Assembly: GCA_038087875.1 (NCBI GenBank)
Contig: JAXLNO010000659.1
Location: 111,353 to 131,352, forward strand
Source: Malacoraja senta
Lineage: Eukaryota
Reading direction: 5' to 3'
DNA length: 20,000 bases
Below the pieces are notes generated by a model. The model saw only the letters and a program-made list of their open reading frames with translations, had not been told where the DNA came from and did no database searches. The translations under genes were made by a program, and so were the position numbers. Shown here one piece after another: positions 9,362 to 17,969 of the stretch; the stretch's first letter is position 1, and each line of letters starts with the position of its first letter.

Positions 9362-10149
9362 CACAGAAAATAACATAGAATAATACACCATAGGAATAAA
9401 CCCTTAAGGGCCTGTCCCAATTAGGCGATTTTTTAGGCAACACAGGCGAGTAGACTCTCGCCACATGTTCGCCAGGGTGCCGCCTGTATGGTCGTGAGTA
9501 GTCTCCTCAGTGGCCCAAAGAGTCATAGCGTTTTTCTGGTCGCTGCTGGATTTTGAAATGTTCAAAAAATTTCGGCGAAAGTTGGTGACAGTGGGCTTGA
9601 CGCCAATGAACGTAGCTTGACTTCTCCTGACGTAGGTGCTCGCCAGGATGACTTAGGTTGTGGCCTGGATGACGCAGGTTGTCGCCGGTGCTGACTTCGG
9701 TGAATTCCATTGTCAACCTACTTCAACCGGCGACTGAATTGTTTTAAGTTGTCTTCAGTTGTCGCCGACAGGGTCGTAGCTTGTCGTAGCTTGTCGCGGG
9801 TGGACGTAGGTTGTCGTAGGTGTGGGCGTCCTAATGGGTCGCCGGTTGACGTTAACTTGCCGTCGACTAGGTGGTAGGTTGTTGTAGCTTGTTGTAGACA
9901 TTGTAGACATTCTCGTAGGGGGGTCCAGTCGGCGGTTTTTCGGTGACCTGCTACGACTATGGCAGTCGCCAAAAAAATCGCCTAAGTGGGACAGGCCCTT
10001 TAGGCCCATCGTGCCTGTGCTGAACATAATGTCAAATTAAACCAATCTCCTCTGCCTGCACATGATCCAGATACCTCCATTCCCTGCATATTTATGTTCC
10101 TGACAAAAACCTTTCAAACGCCACTTTTGTAACTGTATCCTCCACCAGG
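9362..10149 (-). mobile_element. CR1-type 3' end fragment interrupted by the MITE at 9407-9999
   Basis: Removing the MITE and one TTA gives ggaataaacccttaggcccatcgtgcctgtgctgaacat...ctgcctgcacatgatccagatacctccattccc, an antisense CR1-like 3' end. Confidence 0.6.
9407..9999. mobile_element. MITE, 593 bp, probably PIF/Harbinger
   Basis: 35-bp TIR AGGGCCTGTCCCA(A/C)TTAGGCGATTTTTT(A/T)GGC(A/G)AC (32/35); TTA on both flanks (9404-9406, 10000-10002); internal GTCGCC/GTCGTAG arrays. Confidence 0.88.
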
Positions 10150-10337
10150 AAATTGACGTAAACCTCTGAAATATATAAGCTGAGGAATAACAGTTAGAGA
10201 AAATGAGCCTAGATCCAAAGGTTTTTGTGTAATGATGATTTGGAATGTAAGATTTGTGTTTCCCTAATCAATTTGTGTTTGGCATATCTCTTGTAGCTGG
10301 AGTTGTAATGTACTTTGCGCCTTCTGTTTACATTTAG

Positions 10338-10443
10338 GCACTTTTGGCCAATATGGCGGCAATGTTCGCTGTTTATCATGGCCCTAATGGACTGAAACAC
10401 ATTGCAAAAAGGGTACATAATGCCACGTTAATCTTAGCTGAAG
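10338..10443 (+). CDS. GLDC: Glycine decarboxylase internal exon (equivalent to human exon 9), 106 bp
   Basis: catttAG|gca acceptor, gaag|GTaaga donor; translates [35 protein letters not shown](G). Confidence 0.97.
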
Positions 10444-10523
10444 GTAAGATTTATTAATGAAAGTAGAATTTGGTTTAAAACCTGTCGATCAATGCACTTC
10501 TGATCTAATCTCTTTGTAATCAG

Positions 10524-10663
10524 GTTTGAAACGTGCTGGGCATAAAATACAGCACGATGTATTTTTTGGCACACTGAAGATTCACTGCGGTGTGGTTGCT
10601 CAGGAGATAGTTAGCAGGGCCAGCCAACGGCAGATAAACCTCAGAGGATATGGTGACTTCGTG
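10524..10663 (+). CDS. GLDC: Glycine decarboxylase internal exon (equivalent to human exon 10), 140 bp
   Basis: tttgtaatcAG|gt acceptor, gtg|GTgagt donor; translates (G)[46 protein letters not shown]; follows an 80-bp intron with a CTAAT branch-like motif at 10505-10509. Confidence 0.95.
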
Positions 10664-11058
10664 GTGAGTTAACTTTCAGTTATGATTTTACTTTCTGGTG
10701 AAGAGTCTTAAAACCATTCTTCCTAGAACATCTGACATATTACTATGTTCTTTTGAGCACCAGCAGAATTAACAGTGGTGCACATTGTTTTAGGTTGTTT
10801 CAGGCAACTGGCAAATAAAATGGATCTCCACTTTCCCTATATTGGAAAAGAGAACACAGCCAGAGATCCTCCTAAGTGATTCCAAACCAGGGGTGGGCCT
10901 TCTAGGCCATTAAGTGTGGCCTTTTGAATGAATCCAAATTTTGTAATTGGCCAAATAAAAGATGTCACAAAATGGAGAATCTCTGTATTTGCAAAGCCTG
11001 CTTGGCCTCTTTCTGTGAAAGTTGCACCTGTGAGTCACAGCTCCAAGGAGTCTGGACC

Positions 11059-11422
11059 CTAGCTGGAAGTTGAGGATAAGGTGAGGTCCAGATGTCCTTC
11101 CTTTTGTTAATATGTGTGAGGGTTTTGCAGAAGAACTGAGCAGGTTAGCAAATGCATGATTAGGATTGGTCATAGGATGGGATGATGAATATTGTTAATT
11201 ATGTTGCAGAGTGTTTGTGCTGTTATCTTGTGATTGTTTAAAGTGTGAAGCCTTGTTCAAATTGTTTATACTACCTGGGAAAATGTTTCTTTACTTTGGT
11301 TAACTGTCTTCCAACTAGATGGAAGTTGAGGATAAGGTGAGGTCCAGATGTCCTTCCTTTTGTTAATATGTATGAGGGTTTTGCAGAAGAGCTGAGCAGG
11401 TTTGCAAATGCATGATTAGGAT
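11059..11422 (+). repeat. 108-bp direct repeat pair (11059-11166, 11315-11422) with a 148-bp spacer
   Basis: ctag(c/a)tggaagttgaggataaggtgagg...gcaaatgcatgattaggat occurs twice; 4 mismatches by manual comparison. Confidence 0.95.
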
Positions 11423-12977
11423 GAATTAGCCCTCAACGTAACAGAACAATGTCACGCAATACTCCAGAAGGAAAATATATATTATTCAATCACTTTGGAT
11501 GAATCAACTGATTCTACTGACTCGGCGCAGGTTTTATACTTCATTCGGGCCATAACAGAAAAAAAAAATTGCTACGAAGAGTTACTCGCTTTGGGCACTC
11601 TTACGGGTAGAACACGAGGAATAGATTTCTTCTACAACTTTCAAGATAAATGTCGTGAAGCTGGACTGGATTTGGTTAATTTAGTGAGTGTATGTACAGA
11701 CGATGCACCTTCCATGACAGGAAAACGTGAAGAGTTTATTGCACAGATAAAAAAGGTATTATCAGATCCAGATGCTATCATTTCTTTTCATTGTATCTTA
11801 CATCAGCAAAATCTCTGTGCTAAATCTACTATTTTAAGTGACACTTTGCAACAAGTTATGTATTGTTAACTATATTCGTGCAAATGCGACACGGCATCGT
11901 CAGTTTCGTAATATGTTAAAGTTGGACGATGAGGCATTCAGTGTGGATTTGCCATATTATTGTAAAGTGCGTTGGCTATCGCAGGGACAGGTGTTAGCAA
12001 AAATTTTATCTTTGTGAGAACAGATAGTTACATTTCAATGAGAACAGAATCAGCAATGTGAATTATTGAAAGAAGATATCTATAGAAATACTGCATTTCT
12101 GTTTGATATCATTTCAAAGCAAAATGACGAATGTTTCTTTGCAAGGTCTATATATGATATGTGGCAAAGAATTCAAGCATTTTGAAAAAAGCTATCTTTT
12201 TTCAAAACTCTTCTTCAAAATGAAATTTCGGATGAACAATTTCCCCAGTTAGTGAAGGTCATTGATGAGCAGGAGGATTCATGCGAAAATTATTTGAAGA
12301 ATACGCAGCTGTTATAGACTTATTAAATAAAGAATACAATGAGAGGTTTACTGACTTTGAGAATCATGACATCACACTCAAATTAGCATTTCAACCTCAC
12401 ATAGTTGATGTCTCCAAGGCTCCGAATAAACTACAGATGGAATTGATTGAGCTCTCAGAAGATGACATTTTAAAGTCCTTATTTGACCCTTTAAGGGCCT
12501 GTCCCACTTTCATGACCTTTATTACTCTTGGACATTTTTCATCATGTTGAAAAAACGCCCCGACCTACTTGATGCCACAAGTACCTACGACGAGCATCAC
12601 GACCTGCTACAACCTACCTACGACCTCCTACGACCTCGTGACGACCATGCTGCGAGTATGAGTCAAGGGCAAACTCGGCAGGGGTCGTCAATTAGGTCGT
12701 GAAAGTGGGACAGGCCCTTAAGAAAGATCCGATTGAAATATGGAAAAATGCACTAGAATACCCACGTCTTCGGCAACATGCATGAAAAATGCTTTCTTGC
12801 TTTTCAACCACTTATCGCTGCGAATCTACATTCTCCTACCGAACCCAAATCAAGACGCCCTTAAGGTCACAAATGATGGATACCCATCTAGAAGATCAGC
12901 TGAAACTGCATACCTCCATGTTGCAACCAAATATTCAAATGCTTTCTCACAAAAATCAGTCACAACAAAATCATTAA
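11423..12977 (+). pseudogene. hAT transposase pseudogene, N-terminus missing, multiple stops and frameshifts, interrupted by a MITE
   Basis: YSITLDESTD (1st D), VCTDDAPSM (2nd D), HCILHQQNLCAK (CxxH), KVRWLS, STTYRCESTFS (catalytic E), stop at 12975-12977. Confidence 0.9.
12494..12718. mobile_element. MITE, 225 bp, nested in the hAT transposase
   Basis: 25-bp TIR AGGGCCTGTCCCACTTTCA(T/C)GACCT (24/25); flanks TTA/TAA (or TTAA/TTAA if the ends are GGG..CCC); internal ACGACCT array. Confidence 0.9.
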
Positions 12978-13161
12978 GAGGTTAGTTAACTTTAGAATTA
13001 ACCATTTTTTTCATTTTCTTGAAGTTAGTACAAAGTAGTTAGATTTTTACAAAATAATGTACATTTTAAAGTATATCTAATTGAAGTTTCTTGGATGCGG
13101 CCTTATTAGATTACAGCTAACTTAACACGGCATTCCAACATGAAAAGGTTCCCCACCCCTG

Positions 13162-13650
13162 TCCTAGACTCCCCCACTAGTGTGAACATCCTCTCCACAT
13201 CCACTCTATCCAAGCCTTTCACTATTTGACATTTTTCAAAGAGGACCCTCCTTATTCTACTAAACTCCTAAACTCCTTCTAAAATCCTCTAGGGATCATT
13301 CTTTTAAACCTCCTCTGGACCCTCTCCAGGGCCAGCACATCCTTCCTCAAATATGGTGCCCCAAATTGCTCACAATACTCCAAGTGTGGCTTGACCAGTG
13401 CCTTATAGAGCCTCAGCTCTATAAGCTCTAAAAACATCCCTGTTTTTTGTATTCTAGCCCTCTTGTAATAAATGCTAGTATTGCATTTGCCTTCTTTACT
13501 ACCAATTCGACTTGCAGATTATCTTTTTGGGAATCCTACACCAGCACTCCCAAGTCCTTTTACACCTCTGATTACTGGATTCCCCATTTAGAAAATAGTC
13601 GATGCCTTTATTCCTACTACCAAAATGCGTGACTCCACAATTTGCTACAC
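13162..13650 (-). mobile_element. Decayed CR1 ORF2 fragment
   Basis: Colinear with ~2130-2650 of the young CR1 (e.g. caatactccaagtgtggcttgaccag encodes LVKPHLEYC on minus), with internal deletions. Confidence 0.85.
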
Positions 13651-13694
13651 TTTGCTATCACATCAATCGCTCATTATTTTATTGTACAATAGTA

Positions 13695-13830
13695 GGTAAG
13701 AAATTGAAGTAGGAAGTGGCTATTTGCCCCCTCGAGTCCGAGGTGCCATTCAGTAAAATCATGGGTGATCCTTTACCTCAGCACCACTTTCCCTTCATGA
13801 ACTCCATATCCCACAATCTTTTTAATATGT
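13695..13830 (-). mobile_element. Old CR1 3' end fragment
   Basis: ggctatttgccccctcgagtccgaggtgccattcagtaaaatcatgggtgatc resembles 1860-1910. Confidence 0.6.
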
Positions 13831-14093
13831 GGAAATTGTAGAGACATTCTGACCCAACAACTGGAGCAGTAGCGTTAAACCTTTATGCAATTGTGTGACC
13901 AGTGGTTTATATATATAGATATTTATTTATTATTATACAAATTGTAACTTGAAAGTGAAAAAATCCTTCTTTCTGGAACCTCAATGACCTGCAATTCTGA
14001 TTCATTTTCTGGTGCACCATGGATTTTGATTGCACTCTTAGATCCGCACCTTTCGATCATTTGGCCTTAAGCTCTGAAATGATCTCGCCAAAA

Positions 14094-14197
14094 TTTTCTC
14101 TCTTGCTTTCTTTCTTTCTCTCTCTTGCTTCCTTTCTTTTACTTTCTCTCTCCCACTTTCTTTTCTCCCTCTCGCTGTCTCTCTCTCTTTCTCTCTC
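14094..14197. repeat. Imperfect TC/TTTC pyrimidine microsatellite
   Basis: About 100 bp almost entirely C/T with (TC)n runs, abutting the Tx1 poly(A). Confidence 0.9.
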
Positions 14198-14229
14198 TTT
14201 TTTTTTTTTTTTTTTAACTTTTCAAAAAC

Positions 14230-14235
14230 TTTATT
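14230..14235 (-). promoter_or_regulatory. Polyadenylation signal of the Tx1 element
   Basis: AATAAA on minus, 14 nt upstream of the A18 tail. Confidence 0.85.
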
Positions 14236-14300
14236 CAACACACTCAATGATACAACACATCAATACATAATCAAAAGATACATTAGATCAAAACAAATCA

Positions 14301-17300
14301 TTATAGTACAACAGTACATTCATTATTTACTATACTCTCCACCCCACGTGGTGACCAGCGCCCACGGAAGGCCTCCAGAGTCCCTGTGGACACCGCATGT
14401 TCCCGCTCCGGAAGAGGGGCAGGCAGCCAACTCTAGCCTCACCATCGACCGCCCGCTGCCTGGACCCACGAATGGCCATCTTAACCAGGCCCAGGAGCAA
14501 ACCGACAGGGAGGTCCCACCCCCCCACTTGGCTCTCCCCACACCCTACCTTATGCCCACACACTAGAATCGTGGGACTAAAATGCAACCAGAACTTAAGG
14601 AACAACCCCTTCACATATTGGTACAGGGGCAGTAACCTTGCACACTCCATGTATACGTGGAACACGGTCTCTTCCTCGCCACAGAAAATACACGCGGCGG
14701 ACGATCCCGTGAACCGACTCAAAAGTTTATTACAAACCACCGCTCCGTGCAACAGTCTCCACCCCAGGTCCCCAATGTAAAGGGGGACAACTCCCGTATA
14801 GAAGGACCCTCACCAGGGACCTCCCCCGCCGTCAGGTGGTAACACCGTCCGCCAAGGTGTGTCAGGACTGGAAACAAAGGCAAGGAGGTGCAGAATGTGC
14901 AGGAACATCCTATACAGTGTGCGTCTCTTCGCATCACGAAACGGTATGCTGATCATCTCAGAAAGGCGGCTCAGGTTGTGTAGAGCCGGTGCCCGAGATA
15001 TATCCCGGAGCCTAGGCCCGATGAGCAGATCTGACGGAGCGATTGAAAGCTCAGCCAGAACCACTCTAGGCGCGCGCCTCTCCTCGACACCCTCCATGAC
15101 TTGGCGAGGACCGGCCACTCCCACAGCCACACCATCCCCCTCCCCTCGTAGAACAACACGCTGGCTGAAAACAACCAAATTCCTCACTCTGAGCACATCC
15201 CGGTAGAAAACAGGCAAACCCCTTAGGGCGGGTCGACTGATGCCCACCACCGGGAGCCACGAGACCCCCCCCTCCCTAGGCAACGACCCCGACGTAAAAA
15301 GTATGTGGCCAGAGCATGCCATCTGGGGGGGTTCTCTACATACATATACCTCCGCAGAGTCCTGAGACGGAGAGCCGCCACCTGGGTACGCACGCATACC
15401 AAGGACTGACCGCCCTCCTCTAACGGAAGACTCAGGACCGCTGCAGAGACCCAGTGCTTCCTATTTCCCCAGAAGAAATCTACCAGCTTCTTCTGAAGAG
15501 CATTTACAAATATGGAAGGTGGGACAAGAGTAGCCAGCCGGTACCATAACATAGAGGCCACCAGCTGATTTATGACCATCACCCTCCCCCGAAAGGAAAA
15601 AACTCCAAGCAGGCCCGACCAGCGCCCCAGCCGGGCAACCACTTTCGTCTCCAACTCCTGCCAGTTCGCCGGCCAAGCATCCTCAGTGGGGCTCAGGTAA
15701 ACCCCCAGATAGAGGAGATGTGTGGTGCTCCATCTCCTCCAGCAGGGAATCCACCTGCCACTGCCCCACTAAAAGACCAGAGCACTTACTCCAGTTAATC
15801 CTGGCAGAAGATGCAGCTGAGAAAATCTCCTGGCAGTCACGCATCCTCCGCAGGTCACCAGGATCAGTGAACATAAGGAGTACATCATCTGCATACGCCG
15901 AAAGAACCACCTCCAACCCCGGGCCAGGTAGGGCCAGGCCTGTCAACCTCCTCCGAAGAAGACACAGGAACGGCTCCACACAGACCGAGTACAACTGACC
16001 CGACATGGGGCACCCCTGACGGACCCCCCTCCCAAAATGAAAGGGAGCCAACAACGCACCATTAACCTTCACAAGGCACTCCGCTGCAGCGTACAGAAGC
16101 CGGACCCGGGCCACAAAATGTCCAAACGCTTGCAACGTTCCAAATAGGTAAGCATGCTCTACCCTATCAAAAGCCTTCTCCTGATCAAGAGACAGAAAAG
16201 CAGCTGACTGACCAGTACCCTGGACTAGATGAATCAGGTCCCTTACCAGGTGGATGTTATCCTGAATGGACCTGCCAGGGACTGTATAGGACTGGTCAAG
16301 ATGAATCATTTGAGACAGCACAGGGCCCAGGCGATTTGCCATTGCCCGTGCAAATACTTTATACTCTGTACATAGGAGAGATACCGGCCTCCAGTTCTTC
16401 AACAAGCGGAGTTCGTCCTTCTTGGGCAGCAAGACAACAACTGCCCTACGCCACGAGAGGGGCATCGCCCCGGCCGCCAGACTCTCCCCCAACACCAACA
16501 TGTAATCACCCCCCAGGATATCCCAGAAAGCTCTGACAAACTCTACCGTCAACCCATCCAGCCCGGGTGACTTACCCTTCCTGAGCTGAAACAATGCACA
16601 AGTCAACTCCTCCAAAGATAAGGGCCCATCAAGAAGATCGGCCACCTCCCTATCAACAGTCGGTAGACCCTCCCACAAGTCCTGCTGAGCCTCCCCGTTG
16701 AATCCCCCTGCGGAGAACAGGAACCCATAAAAGGACCTGACCTCCTCACTGATCCTCTCCGGAGCAGTGACAGAGGAGCCATCATCTGCGAGCAGCTCTA
16801 CGAGCTGCTTGCAGGCTCCCCTCCCTTTCTCCAGAGAGAAAAAGAAAGACGAAGCTCGGTCCAGATCTTGCATCATCTGGACCCGCGCCCTCACGAAACC
16901 GCCTCGGGACCGCTCAAGCAGCAGATTCCTCAAGGCTTCCTTCTTCTCCTGAAACTCTCCCCATTCACAGGAGTCCTCACCATCCCGACCCAGGCGAGAC
17001 TCTGCACCCAGTAGCTCCCTCTCAAGCCTCGCGACCGCTGAGTCCCGCCGTCCGGTCGACCCCCACGTATACTCCTTACAAAAGAGACGAATGTGAGCCT
17101 TCCCCACATCCCACCACTGCCTAAGGGAAGAGAAGCACCTCCGCCCCTCTCTCCACTTCCCCCAAAACTGACTGAATGACTCCCGGAAACACCGATCCTC
17201 CAGCAGCCGGTTGTTAAAGTGCCAGTACGCGGACCCAGCCCTAGTGCGCGCCGGATTGAAGTCCACACGCACCAGACAGTGATCCGAACACGGGGCACCA

Positions 17301-17964
17301 ACCGCATTGAGGCCGCTGAGACACGGGCAACAAACGCTCGGGAAATATATATTCGGTCAATACGGGAACCACCACCCTCAGACCTCCGCGAAAAAGCAGT
17401 GGAATCCGGGTGGAGGTTCCGCCATGCATCAACCAACTCAAAGGATTCAATCATCCCTCTCAGCTTCTTCGCTACAGCAGGGGCACACTGAGTACCAGAA
17501 CGATCTCGCGCCTCAAGTGTGCAATTAAAGTCCCCACCAAGGAAGACACACTCTCCCCTATCAATAGTGCTCAACAGAGCAGTCACCTCCTGAATTAGGC
17601 CGGCCTGCATCGTACCGGAGCTAGGGGCATACACGTTGATGAAATGCAACGGCATGGCATCCAGGCTCACGGCCAGATGGAGCAACCGTCCTGGCACAAC
17701 TTCGTGCACTTTTAAAATAGTTGGCAGGAAATTCTGGGCCAACAGAAAGGCCACCCCACCCGAATTCGAGCTGAGATGGCTCATGTAAACCCCCCCTTCC
17801 CACTCCAGTCTCCAGGTAGGTTCATCACTAACAACTGTGTGCGTCTCCTGCAGAAAACACACTGCAAATCTCCCCTCTTTAAGGACTGATAAAAGCTGAA
17901 ATCTACGAAAACTCGCTCTACTCCCGTTTAAGTTTAATGTTGCGACGGTGAATGTAAAGGCACA
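14301..17964 (-). pseudogene. Tx1 ORF2 (apurinic endonuclease, reverse transcriptase, C-terminal zinc knuckle), several frameshifts
   Basis: TLNLNG, FLQETH, GGDFN, SRIDRIY, SDH (APE); KSPGLDG, NWRPVSLL, LDQEKAFD, RQGCPMS, YADD (RT); CIFCGEEETVFHVYMEC; ends RWSPRGVESIVNNECTVVL* at 14301-14303; shifts near 17292, 15730, 15290, 14815 and 14410. Confidence 0.92.
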
Positions 17965-17969
17965 CTAGC

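Larger units (their letters stand above)
10888..13161 (+). mobile_element. Decayed hAT transposon (Charlie/Buster, GTF2IRD2/SPIN-like)
   Basis: Termini CAGGGGTGGG-CCTT and AAGGTTCCCCACCCCTG; right flank TCCTAGAC resembles the Charlie target consensus; contains a transposase remnant. Confidence 0.88.

Noticed and set aside
9507..10027. Short T/R-rich ORFs and regularly repeated motifs (CRISPR-like look)
   Set aside because: Internal arrays of a MITE; no constant repeat with unique spacers, and the context is eukaryotic.
11483..11520. SITLDEST resembles the start of the next GLDC exon (LGISLDETV)
   Set aside because: It is the first catalytic motif of the hAT transposase; no acceptor site, and the following residues do not match GLDC. 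The next GLDC exon was not found in the window.
12281..12550. 89-aa ORF as an independent gene
   Set aside because: A fragment of the hAT transposase running into the nested MITE.
14055..14085. GATCATTT...AAATGATC hairpin near the Tx1 site, considered as a U2 snRNA (Keno-type) target
   Set aside because: Does not match the U2 5' sequence; an 8-bp stem is expected by chance.
14019..14270. K/R/E-rich and L/S/F-rich ORFs
   Set aside because: Translations of the poly(A) tail and the TC microsatellite.
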